Source: a virus
Lineage: Duplodnaviria > Heunggongvirae > Uroviricota > Caudoviricetes
DNA: 14,433 bases
IMG/VR virus record: IMGVR_UViG_2609459801_000010
Reading direction: 5' to 3' (one strand)
Shown here: positions 7,519-14,433 of the stretch, one piece after another
Numbering within the stretch: the first letter of the stretch is position 1
Layout of the letters: every line of letters begins with the position of its first letter
Program-made: the position numbers and the translations under genes
Notes under the pieces: generated by a model
The model's input: the letters and a program-made list of their open reading frames with translations, nothing else
Database searches by the model: none
Told to the model about the DNA's origin: nothing

Positions 7519-7950
7519 TCATCCCTGATCTCCAAGCCTCTCTCGAAAACCATTCTGATAAAACGCCAGCACACGCTGCATAACTTCGCTCTTCCGGCAC
7601 TCGCGACAGATTATGTTCAGACGCCTGTCGTAGCGGCGTATTTCTCCGTCTGGTAATGACCAGATAAGGTCCGGATCAACCACAGATGGTTTCTTCACCT
7701 TTGCCCTGGATAGTTTTTTGCGGGCATTTTGCCAGTCCTTACGAGCCTGTTCAGACGGGAATAACCCGTAACCAGAGTTGTATACATCGCCACTGGCAAC
7801 CAGCTCTCTGGCGAGAACGCTCATCAGATATCTTGTCGCACCTGTCTTGGCTTCCAGTTGCCGTAACGTCTCGCGCCCACTCCGGCGTACTAGCTCAACA
7901 ACCTGCCCTTTAATTTTTTCCCGCTCTTCTTGTGTAAATACTTTTGCCAT
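7519..7950 (-). CDS. Hypothetical phage protein (143 aa)
   Basis: ATG at 7950-7948 with GGAGG SD 6 nt upstream (preferred over the TTG at 7965 that starts the track ORF). Product MAKVFTQEEREKIKGQVVELVRRSGRETLRQL...; no recognised motif. Confidence 0.5.
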   Translation of the reverse strand: MAKVFTQEEREKIKGQVVELVRRSGRETLRQLEAKTGATRYLMSVLARELVASGDVYNSGYGLFPSEQARKDWQNARKKLSRAKVKKPSVVDPDLIWSLPDGEIRRYDRRLNIICRECRKSEVMQRVLAFYQNGFRERLGDQG

Positions 7951-7965
7951 AAGCGCCTCCGGCAA

Positions 7966-8727
7966 TCACTTTTCCGATACAACACGGCGGGAAGAATCAG
8001 TAATCTGTCGAACAATATCCCGGTGCTTGTTCAGCTCCCGCAGCGCGGCGCAGACTCGCTCCCACTTCTGGACATGATTTTTCGCCCGACGCAGTTCGCG
8101 GTTTGCCATATGCAGTGATGGTAAAACCAGGTCATCCGCTCGCGTTTCAGTAAACGATGGCAGCGACTGCACAATGTCCGCCACAGTTTCTGTTTTAATA
8201 TCTTCCTGTGTTGCAGCCTCCTGTACTGGTAACGCAACACCTGCGGTATGAGGAAAGGCCTTACCATCAGTTTCCGCTACCGATGCTGCTTTCGGCTCTG
8301 CTGGTAAATTATCGCCCGGTATGCAGTAACGAAATTTACCGCCCTGATTTACGCGAATCAGACGACCTTTGCTGATTGCCATTGCCAGCGTTGAAGCCAC
8401 TTTGCGTGATGTGGTACCAAACAATGTAGCCAGCTCATCAGCCATTTGTGGTCCTCGTTGTTCAATCGTCGCGGTTAAATCGCACTCTGAGATTTTCGCT
8501 ACTGTTGCTGTGGTGATTTCTTCCGGCAGTTCTGCCTGCGCTGGCTGTTCCTGCTGAACGTTGTTATCAGCCACACGCCAGGTGTACGCGCTTTTATCAA
8601 CAAAACCAGCCTTTTTCAGTTCCCATAGTTCGTTCAGCACTTCTTCACGACTGATATCAAGTCGCGCAGCAAGTTCTATGGATGTGGCTTTTCCCATTGC
8701 TTTCAGTGCGTCAAAAACAGTCTCCAT
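7966..8727 (-). CDS. Hypothetical phage protein (253 aa) with two winged-helix-like segments
   Basis: ATG at 8727-8725 with GGGAGA upstream (preferred over the longer ORF to 8778, which would overlap the DnaC-like gene). [44 protein letters not shown] and [32 protein letters not shown] look like wHTH units. Confidence 0.5.
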   Translation of the reverse strand: METVFDALKAMGKATSIELAARLDISREEVLNELWELKKAGFVDKSAYTWRVADNNVQQEQPAQAELPEEITTATVAKISECDLTATIEQRGPQMADELATLFGTTSRKVASTLAMAISKGRLIRVNQGGKFRYCIPGDNLPAEPKAASVAETDGKAFPHTAGVALPVQEAATQEDIKTETVADIVQSLPSFTETRADDLVLPSLHMANRELRRAKNHVQKWERVCAALRELNKHRDIVRQITDSSRRVVSEK

Positions 8728-8749
8728 TAAATTTTTCTCCCGGTAAAAA

Positions 8750-9496
8750 TTACTTCGCAATTCCTGGCTGGACGACATTCGGACGCCAGCTCTCCCAGTT
8801 AAAATTCCCCCATAGCCCGCCGTTCATGGTCATGCGATCCATAATCCGCTCGCCGAGCAATGTTTTCATGGCCTCATAGTTCAGGTTTGTCAGCATCCCC
8901 ACGCTGCGCATCGACGCTGTCCGGCGATCAACAATCTGGTGCAGTACCACCTGCTCGTTTTTCGTCTCGCGCTGAATGCCAATTTCATCAAGAACCAGCA
9001 GATCCACTTCGCACAGTTCCCGCAAAAATTTTTCGCCTGACTGCCCATCGTCATAGCTGGCGTGGAGGGCACTCATAACATCAGCCACGGTAACCACAAT
9101 CACTGTCTGACCGTCTTTCAGCAGGCGATTCCCGATAGCTGCTGCTAAGTGGTTCTTCCCGGTACCAGGTTTTCCGCTAAACGCGAAATTTGTGCATCCG
9201 GTCATCAGTTCATCAGCGATAGATTTCGCCTGGCTCAACGCGTATCGCTGACCGTCGTTCTGCACCTGGTAATTCGCAAACGAGCATTTACGGTGCAACG
9301 GCTGGATGCCTGAGCGATTCAGAATTTTTTCCACCCGCAACTGGCGATTCAGGCGGTTGATCTCCTCGCTACGTTTCTGGCCTTCAGCAAGTTGCCACTC
9401 GTGCCACTCCGCTACCGTTCTGAATGGGGCGGTTACATGTGGCGGAGCCAGTCTTCGGATACGTTCAAGAACGCCGCCTGCCGCAATGTTTTTCAT
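8750..9496 (-). CDS. DnaC-like replicative helicase loader (248 aa)
   Basis: [39 protein letters not shown] is nearly identical in pattern to the E. coli DnaC Walker A region; Walker B LLVLDEIG. Directly downstream of the initiator gene. Confidence 0.9.
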   Translation of the reverse strand: MKNIAAGGVLERIRRLAPPHVTAPFRTVAEWHEWQLAEGQKRSEEINRLNRQLRVEKILNRSGIQPLHRKCSFANYQVQNDGQRYALSQAKSIADELMTGCTNFAFSGKPGTGKNHLAAAIGNRLLKDGQTVIVVTVADVMSALHASYDDGQSGEKFLRELCEVDLLVLDEIGIQRETKNEQVVLHQIVDRRTASMRSVGMLTNLNYEAMKTLLGERIMDRMTMNGGLWGNFNWESWRPNVVQPGIAK

Positions 9497-9502
9497 GACA
9501 CG

Positions 9503-10465
9503 TCACCCCCTGAATCCCGGCGGTATTTCAGTGTCCGGTTCAGAAATGTGATTCACGCAACGCTGCGCAGGCAAACGCCCCAGGCGGATAACCAGTTCAT
9601 CCCATTTTTCCCGGAGTTTTGCCGGACTCATGATGTTTTTTACCCAGAACGAATCCCGCTGGAGACGCCCAAACATTTCACAAATTTGTCTGTGAGTTCT
9701 GCCATCCAGCATCCGCATTGTGCGAACGTCATTGGCCCATGCTGTCCAGTTGGGTTCTTTCGGTCTAGTGATCTCGCCATCATAGCTGGCCGCCTGCTCG
9801 TAAAGACTCACGATTCGTCCCCAGATCCACTGTGCGCACACCAAATCTTCCTGACTTCCCCACTGGCGTTTTTTCGCACTGAACACAACCGCGTCAGGGT
9901 GTCGGGTTAAAAAATCCTGTTCAGCCGTCTGCGGGTCCGGTTGCGAAGCGTCCGGACAAGAAGATCTTTTATCTGACGGATCAGGTTTTAATACTGACGG
10001 ATCGGGGTCAATCATCGGCCCCCTAATCGGCAGTTTTTTATCAACAGTTGATCCATCAAAATTTGACGGGTCAACCGTTGAGGGGTCAATATTTGACGGG
10101 TCAACTGTTAACGGGTCATTTTTTGCCGGGCTAATTTTTCTTTTCGGTTTATATGACTCACGCGCCGCCGCCGCAGCTGCTTCGAGTTTTTCCACATTAA
10201 GCCGATAGATATTGCTTACATTACGCCCACCGACCTTACGCTCTTCCTTCGTCAGCCAGCCCTCTTTCGCCAGTTCTGCAATAGCCGATTTCACTGTGGA
10301 TTCACTTCTTGCACCGATCTGACGCCGGATAGTTTCAATGGCAGGCCATGACACGCCCTCGTCATTGCTGTAGTCTGCAAGACGGGCCATAACCGCCACC
10401 CTGGATAAGATCATGCCGGTGAAGGCGCACCCTTCCCAGACAAGACCATGAAGCTTGCTGCTCAT
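9503..10465 (-). CDS. Phage replication initiator (O-like) with N-terminal HTH and DnaT-like C-terminal domain (320 aa from ATG at 10465)
   Basis: C-terminus ...NHISEPDTEIPPGFRG matches the DnaT C-terminus (...VSEPDSQIPPGFRG). N-terminal HTH-like segment; central low-complexity DPSxVD repeats encoded by the iterons. ATG at 10465 (after a GGGGG run) preferred over the GTG at 10480. Confidence 0.8.
   Translation of the reverse strand: MSSKLHGLVWEGCAFTGMILSRVAVMARLADYSNDEGVSWPAIETIRRQIGARSESTVKSAIAELAKEGWLTKEERKVGGRNVSNIYRLNVEKLEAAAAAARESYKPKRKISPAKNDPLTVDPSNIDPSTVDPSNFDGSTVDKKLPIRGPMIDPDPSVLKPDPSDKRSSCPDASQPDPQTAEQDFLTRHPDAVVFSAKKRQWGSQEDLVCAQWIWGRIVSLYEQAASYDGEITRPKEPNWTAWANDVRTMRMLDGRTHRQICEMFGRLQRDSFWVKNIMSPAKLREKWDELVIRLGRLPAQRCVNHISEPDTEIPPGFRG
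10048..10118. repeat. Origin-like iterons: five copies of TTGAcGGGTCAA-like 12-mers at strict 15-bp phasing inside the initiator gene
   Basis: Copies at 10048 (ttgatccatcaa), 10063 (ttgacgggtcaa), 10078 (ttgaggggtcaa), 10093 (ttgacgggtcaa), 10108 (ttaacgggtca); each is an inverted repeat TTGAC-nn-GTCAA; AT-rich stretch at 10119-10150. Same logic as the lambda ori inside gene O. Confidence 0.6.
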
Positions 10466-10487
10466 AAACCCCCCGAACACCGTGCTT

Positions 10488-10913
10488 TTAGTGCATCACC
10501 ACAGCATTCCCTGCCGGGCCGCCGCGATTCATCTGGTCATACAAAACAACCGCTGACGCAACAAAATCATCGACATCCTTCCCCAGCCGATCCCTCCGTT
10601 CGACGATCTCACGGTAATATTCAGAACTGTGGCTGCGCATACGGGCCACCAGCAAAGGCGGCATCGCCTTTTCGATCGCCGGTAACAGAGCCTGCATTTT
10701 TTCAACAGCATCAGGGGTGTCTTTATCCAGCCAACGGAAAATTTTCTGGGTATTACGGGCCAGGGCTTCCGGATGGCTGTCGTCATACAGTTCCGGGAAC
10801 GTCATTCCCAGCTCGAAATACGCTTTGGTAATTTTCGCAGCCGGCACTTTTTCGCCGTCCGGATGCGCCCAGACATTCATCGCCATGCGGATGTGTTCAT
10901 GCTTGATTTTCAT
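10488..10913 (-). CDS. YdaT-like protein (141 aa), likely CII-type regulator
   Basis: ATG at 10913 with AGGAG SD; begins MKIKHEHI; lies between the cro-like and replication genes as in the Rac ydaS-ydaT-ydaU-ydaV arrangement. Assigned from synteny and memory. Confidence 0.55.
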   Translation of the reverse strand: MKIKHEHIRMAMNVWAHPDGEKVPAAKITKAYFELGMTFPELYDDSHPEALARNTQKIFRWLDKDTPDAVEKMQALLPAIEKAMPPLLVARMRSHSSEYYREIVERRDRLGKDVDDFVASAVVLYDQMNRGGPAGNAVVMH

Positions 10914-11178
10914 GAATCAAGCTCCTAGAAAGTGGTTGTGTTAACGTTTTGGTATCTTCCAGCTCGGGCCAAATATTCATCCAATCAAAAGGCCTTAGTT
11001 GCTGACGTGTAACTTCACCATTACTGGCTCGCTCAATAAGGACACATAACGATGCCCCTAACACTTGACCTTTACTCAATGCCTTTCTTAGATAACCGAT
11101 GCTGGTACCACACTCGCATGCAAACATACGCTGTTCATCTGACGAAAGAGAATTGAGAAATATTCTTAATTCTTCCAT
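10897..11178 (-). CDS. Cro-like HTH regulator (YdaS family-like), 93 aa
   Basis: ATG at 11178 with strong SD TAAGGAG 5 nt upstream; HTH-like CGTSIGYLRKALSKGQ and ...NGEVTRQQLRPFDW; divergent from the repressor gene across an operator region. Confidence 0.65.
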   Translation of the reverse strand: MEELRIFLNSLSSDEQRMFACECGTSIGYLRKALSKGQVLGASLCVLIERASNGEVTRQQLRPFDWMNIWPELEDTKTLTQPLSRSLIHENQA

Positions 11179-11203
11179 AGCTACTCCTTAGTAAACACAG
11201 CAA

Positions 11204-11272
11204 AGAATACCCACAGGTAAACAAAAGTCAATACCCACAGGTTGTTTACCTTGCGGTAATCGCATCTATTAT
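11204..11272. promoter_or_regulatory. Divergent promoter/operator region (OR-like) between cro-like and repressor genes
   Basis: Two copies of ATACCCACAGGT (11207-11219, 11231-11243), 24 bp apart. On the minus strand they overlap a -35 TTGACT (11231-11226) and a -10 TATTCT (11209-11204) for the cro-like gene. On the plus strand a -10-like TATTAT (11267-11272) ends 6 nt before the repressor ATG. Confidence 0.5.
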
Positions 11273-11278
11273 TTACCT

Positions 11279-11698
11279 ATGGACAAATATGAATTTAGAC
11301 GACAGCAACTCATCAAAATTCGTGATGAGAAATGCGATGGTAAAGCGGTTAACGTGGCCAGAAAGATCGGGCGCGAGCCTTCTTATGTATCAAGAATGTT
11401 GTACCCAGAGGGGAAAAAGGGAAAAAAACGGATCGCTGATGATATGGTGGAGATTATCGAAGAGTCCTTTGGGTTACCCCGGGGATGGATGGATGGTATC
11501 GTTTCATCATCAACGAACACAGCCTCCAGTTATGAAACAAGGGTTCTAACGCCACGACAACGTATTTTTTTAGATCTCTTAGACGAACTGCCAGAAAGTG
11601 AAGCGGATAAATTATTAAAAACTCTTGAAGAGAAAAAACAGTATTACAATATGATCTACGAAGAAATCCGTAAAAAGAAAGCACAAAACGCATCATAG
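11279..11698 (+). CDS. Prophage repressor-like HTH protein (139 aa), RacR/DicA-position
   Basis: Divergent from the cro-like gene; HTH-like AVNVARKIGREPSYVSRML; no SD upstream and a -10 hexamer just before the ATG suggests a leaderless mRNA, as for lambda cI from PRM. Confidence 0.65.
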   Translation: MDKYEFRRQQLIKIRDEKCDGKAVNVARKIGREPSYVSRMLYPEGKKGKKRIADDMVEIIEESFGLPRGWMDGIVSSSTNTASSYETRVLTPRQRIFLDLLDELPESEADKLLKTLEEKKQYYNMIYEEIRKKKAQNAS

Positions 11699-11739
11699 CT
11701 CACCAAACAACTAGTCACCAGTTAAGACACCGCAAAAAT

Positions 11740-11778
11740 TTACCCATGGGTATTTACTTTTTAAATACCTATGGGTAT
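11740..11778. promoter_or_regulatory. OL-like operator pair downstream of the repressor gene
   Basis: Perfect palindrome TACCCATGGGTA (11741-11752) and near-palindrome ATACCTATGGGTAT (11765-11778), 25 bp apart; same TACCCAnnGGTA core as the OR-like copies; positioned to control plus-strand transcription of the ydfA-DicF-dicB operon. Confidence 0.45.
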
Positions 11779-11963
11779 CCTTCTTTTCATACCAACCCAC
11801 CCCGCCCCACAGAATGCAGGGCAATACTTCGAGTTACCAGGCAGTGGTCAGGGGTTAAGTAGCCAGCCCGAGGCGTAAGAACATGACGGCAGGGTTCAAC
11901 TTTAATAACTATGCAGCAGGTTTTTGTTCCGCTACCCCGGCGTTAAGGGGAAATGAGGTCAAC

Positions 11964-12116
11964 ATGGATATGCTCAATCTTGGCAACAACGAATCTCTGG
12001 TATGTGGCGTGTTCCCCAACCAGGACGGCACGTTTACCGCGATGACGTATACCAGAAGCAAAACGTTTAAAACTGAAGCTGGCGCGCGTCGCTGGTTAAC
12101 CAGAAACACTGACTGA
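11964..12116 (+). CDS. ydfA: YdfA-like small protein (50 aa)
   Basis: ATG at 11964 with GAGG SD 6 nt upstream; product MDMLNLGNNESLVCGVFPNQDGTFTAMTYTRSKTFKTEAGARRWLTRNTD; first gene after the operators, as ydfA is in the Qin dicB operon. Identity recalled, not searched. Confidence 0.5.
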   Translation: MDMLNLGNNESLVCGVFPNQDGTFTAMTYTRSKTFKTEAGARRWLTRNTD

Positions 12117-12127
12117 TGAGGTTGACG

Positions 12128-12529
12128 ATGGAATTTAAAGATTTACCAGTACCATTCCAGGAAATGGCATCGAATGTGGTTCGCTCTCAACTGGCGACTC
12201 TTGACCTGAGTACCGTAGAAAAAGAAACCATCGATACTATATCCGGTAACGTGCGTCGTGCCTTTATAGGTCTGTATGAAGAGAAGCGCCTATTCGGCGG
12301 ACAGAATTCGCCTGAAAACAAGAATCAAGCAAATGATGAGAAGCTGAAACACATTATCGCCTTACTTTTGGAAGACGCAAAACGTCTACAGCAACTGGAA
12401 CCAAATGCAGGCACAGAGGCCCGCATTTGGATTGCCATGAAATCACTCAAATGTGAAAGCAGTGATTATTTCAAAACAACAATTAAAACTACTCAACTTT
12501 CGGGAGAGCTACTGAAGAAATTGCCATAA
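12128..12529 (+). CDS. Hypothetical protein (133 aa)
   Basis: ATG at 12128 with GAGG SD 6 nt upstream (an alternative ATG at 12116 overlaps the upstream stop but lacks an SD). Lys/Glu-rich product MEFKDLPVPFQEMASNVVRSQLATLDLSTVEKETIDTISGNVRRAF...; no recognised motif. Confidence 0.5.
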   Translation: MEFKDLPVPFQEMASNVVRSQLATLDLSTVEKETIDTISGNVRRAFIGLYEEKRLFGGQNSPENKNQANDEKLKHIIALLLEDAKRLQQLEPNAGTEARIWIAMKSLKCESSDYFKTTIKTTQLSGELLKKLP

Positions 12530-12767
12530 GAGCATGGTCTTTCTCTTGTTCTGCAAGATGAGCATTAATACCTGGTATGGTTTTTTCAAATTTATCTATC
12601 TGTTGAATAACAACTTCGCGGTATACGTTTGTTTTTGTACCACCAAGCGCAGCCGTTAATGCAGAAAGCATATTTAGTATCATATCAGTGCGATATGAAA
12701 GAATCCTGATAGCTTCATCTTGTTTTTCAATAATAGATTGCAGGGCCTCAATTTGCTTTTTATCCAT
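12489..12767 (-). CDS. Hypothetical protein (92 aa), convergent with and overlapping the 3' end of the 12128-12529 gene
   Basis: ATG at 12767 with very strong SD AGGAGG 5 nt upstream; product MDKKQIEALQSIIEKQDEAIRILSYRTDMILNMLSALTAALGG... (coiled-coil-like then a hydrophobic stretch). No plus-strand ORF of 60 aa or more covers 12530-12806. Confidence 0.45.
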   Translation of the reverse strand: MDKKQIEALQSIIEKQDEAIRILSYRTDMILNMLSALTAALGGTKTNVYREVVIQQIDKFEKTIPGINAHLAEQEKDHALMAISSVALPKVE

Positions 12768-13098
12768 TTCACCCTCCTGAGGGTTGGTAATTAAGGAGTT
12801 CTCCACGGGTCAGGTGGAGTGCGTGCGCCGGACACGGGTGAACATCCGGCACTGACAGTTTACTGAAAGGATATGTCCCTGAAAAGTCAGGGCATAACGC
12901 GAAAGCGCACGGCGAAATTGGTCTCTCTGTACGGTGTCGTTAAATTTAGTTCGACCGTGCGCTTCCGGTTGTGGCAATCCGCGAAATGGTGCGGCGGTAA
13001 GTATGGCGGGGTTATTCCTTCCCCCGTTGAGGACACCGGGTTGTCAGGTTGACCATACGCTTAAGTGACAACCCCGCTGCAACGCCCTCTGTTATCAA

Positions 13099-13151
13099 TT
13101 TTCTGGTGACGTTTGGCGGTATCAGTTTTACTCCGTGACTGCTCTGCCGCC
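13099..13151 (+). ncRNA. dicF: DicF small regulatory RNA (ftsZ-targeting antisense sRNA)
   Basis: TTTCTGGTGACGTTTGGCGGTATCAGTTTTACTCCGTGACTGCTCTGCCGCCC matches the DicF sequence as I recall it; a T-run follows after the GGCGG...CCGCC stem; lies just upstream of dicB as in the Qin dic operon. Ends are approximate because DicF is processed. Confidence 0.75.
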
Positions 13152-13326
13152 CTTTTTAAAGTGAATTTTGTGATGTGGTGAATGCGGCTGAGCGCACGCG
13201 GAACAGTTAAAACCAAAAACAGTGTTATGGGTGGATTCTCTGTATCCGGCGTTAATTGTTAACTGGTTAACGTCACCTGGAGGCACCAGGCACCGCATCA
13301 CAAAATTCATTGTTGAGGACGCGATA

Positions 13327-13515
13327 ATGGAAACGTTATTACCAAACGTTAATACGTCTGAAGGTTGTTTTGAAATTGGTGTCACTATCAGTAACCCAGT
13401 ATTTACTGAAGATGCCATTAACAAGAGAAAACACGAACGGGAGCTATTAAATAAAATATGCATTCTTTCAATGCTGGCCCGTTTACGTCCGATACAAAAA
13501 GGATGCTGGCAATGA
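13327..13515 (+). CDS. dicB: Cell division inhibitor DicB (62 aa)
   Basis: Product METLLPNVNTSEGCFEIGVTISNPVFTEDAINKRKHERELLNKICILSMLARLRPIQKGCWQ closely resembles E. coli DicB; GAGGA SD 8 nt upstream; stop overlaps the next start (ATGA). Confidence 0.85.
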   Translation: METLLPNVNTSEGCFEIGVTISNPVFTEDAINKRKHERELLNKICILSMLARLRPIQKGCWQ

Positions 13516-13703
13516 ATACAGCATTTGCACTTGTTCTGACAGTTTTTCTTGTTTCCGGAGAGCCAGTTGATATTGCAGTCAGTGTTCACAGGACAATGCA
13601 GGAGTGTGTGACTGCAGCAACCGAACAGAAAATTCCCGGTAACTGTTACCCGGTCGATAAAGTTATTCACCAGGATAATAACGAAATCCCGGCAGGTCTT
13701 TAA
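13512..13703 (+). CDS. ydfD: YdfD-like small protein (63 aa) with N-terminal hydrophobic segment
   Basis: Product MNTAFALVLTVFLVSGEPVDIAVSVHRTMQECVTAATEQKIPGNCYPVDKVIHQDNNEIPAGL; translationally coupled to dicB; matches Qin YdfD as recalled. Confidence 0.75.
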   Translation: MNTAFALVLTVFLVSGEPVDIAVSVHRTMQECVTAATEQKIPGNCYPVDKVIHQDNNEIPAGL

Positions 13704-13795
13704 AACAGTTCCGTAATAAATATCCGGTTTCATTCTTATATGCCAGCAATGGCAGGGATTTGTTCACCCTTAAATCTGTAATGAGGTAAAACAAA

Positions 13796-13977
13796 ATGAG
13801 TAAAGTCTTTATTTGCGCCGCCATTCCGGACGAACAGGCAATAAAGGAAGAAGGTGCCGTCGCTGTAGCCACTGCCATTGAAGCCGGTGATGAACGTCGC
13901 GCCCGCGCAAAATTTCACTGGCAATTCCTGGAACATTATCCGGCTGCTCAGGACTGCGCTTATAAATTTCTTGTCTG
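13796..13977 (+). pseudogene. ydfE-like gene, 5' fragment only (first 60 codons), truncated by IS1 insertion
   Basis: ATG at 13796 with GAGG SD; MSKVFICAAIPDEQAIKEEGAVAVATAIEAGDERRARAKFHWQFLEHYPAAQDCAYKFLV then the frame runs into the IS1 inverted repeat (last codons VMTPTY and stop come from IS1). Confidence 0.55.
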
Positions 13978-14433
13978 GGTAATGACTCCAACTTATTGAT
14001 AGTGTTTTATGTTCAGATAATGCCCGATGACTTTGTCATGCAGCTCCACCGATTTTGAGAACGACAGCGACTTCCGTCCCAGCCGTGCCAGGTGCTGCCT
14101 CAGATTCAGGTTATGCCGCTCAATTCGCTGCGTATATCGCTTGCTGATTACGTGCAGCTTTCCCTTCAGGCGGGATTCATACAGCGGCCAGCCATCCGTC
14201 ATCCATATCACCACGTCAAAGGGTGACAGCAGGCTCATAAGACGCCCCAGCGTCGCCATAGTGCGTTCACCGAATACGTGCGCAACAACCGTCTTCCGGA
14301 GCCTGTCATACGCGTAAAACAGCCAGCGCTGGCGCGATTTAGCCCCGACATAGCCCCACTGTTCGTCCATTTCCGCGCAGACGATGACGTCACTGCCCGG
14401 CTGTATGCGCGAGGTTACCGACTGCGGCCTGAG
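13978..14433 (-). mobile_element. IS1 insertion sequence, partial (one end plus part of the transposase region; continues beyond window end)
   Basis: Terminal inverted repeat GGTAATGACTCCAACTTATTGATAGTG starts at 13978; the encoded minus-strand protein is identical in pattern to IS1 InsB. Confidence 0.9.
13993..14433 (-). CDS. insB: IS1 transposase InsB (C-terminal part; 5' end beyond window)
   Basis: ...[128 protein letters not shown]; frame is open upstream to the window edge (track shows only the part from the internal Met at 14370). Confidence 0.9.
   Translation of the reverse strand, partial: LRPQSVTSRIQPGSDVIVCAEMDEQWGYVGAKSRQRWLFYAYDRLRKTVVAHVFGERTMATLGRLMSLLSPFDVVIWMTDGWPLYESRLKGKLHVISKRYTQRIERHNLNLRQHLARLGRKSLSFSKSVELHDKVIGHYLNIKHYQ

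Noticed and set aside
7301-7600. 99-aa minus-strand ORF across the AT-rich region upstream of the ATPase
   Set aside because: Overlaps the ATPase start and the upstream gene end, no RBS, low-complexity product; region is more likely the cassette promoter.
7951-7965. Longer N-terminal extensions of several genes as given in the ORF track (TTG at 7965, 8778, GTG at 10480, 846, 11883, 13222, 13458)
   Set aside because: Internal ATG codons with proper SD sequences and non-overlapping spacing were preferred; the extensions lack an RBS or overlap upstream genes.
9306-9910. Plus-strand ORFs of 81 and 172 aa
   Set aside because: Antisense to the DnaC-like and initiator genes; no RBS.
12807-13098. 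Possibility of a retron ncRNA, CRISPR array or tRNA in the GC-rich ORF-free spacer
   Set aside because: No reverse transcriptase gene adjacent, no regularly spaced direct repeats, and no tRNA-like T-loop (GTTCnAnTC) seen; the position upstream of DicF favours operon precursor RNA.
13128-13733. 201-aa Cys-rich minus-strand ORF
   Set aside because: Antisense to DicF, dicB and ydfD, which are well supported; the product is low-complexity and Cys-rich, typical of an antisense frame.

Overview
This window reads as a mosaic lambdoid prophage of an enterobacterial (E. coli-like) genome, with its immunity region at about 11.2-11.8 kb. All calls rest on reading the sequence and the ORF track by eye; no searches were run. 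On the minus strand, rightward-operon-like genes run from a Cro-like regulator (YdaS-like) through a CII-like (YdaT-like) protein, a replication initiator with a DnaT-like C-terminus and in-gene iterons, a DnaC-like helicase loader, two hypothetical genes, an inserted low-GC two-gene cassette, then nin-like genes (a hypothetical, a DUF968-like protein, RusA), a Q-like antiterminator with a promoter and terminator just downstream, a small winged-helix ORF and a partial DNA methyltransferase. On the plus strand the repressor is followed by operator repeats, a ydfA-like ORF, a convergent pair of unknown genes, the DicF sRNA, dicB, ydfD and a ydfE-like gene cut by a partial IS1. The most interesting element is the inserted cassette at 3932-7325: a classical AAA ATPase translationally overlapping a large, apparently cytoplasmic S8 subtilase. 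Its architecture matches the ATPase-plus-S8-peptidase antiphage pair I recall being described as IetAS, so it is a candidate defence system rather than a certainly novel one. No tRNA, rRNA or CRISPR array was seen.
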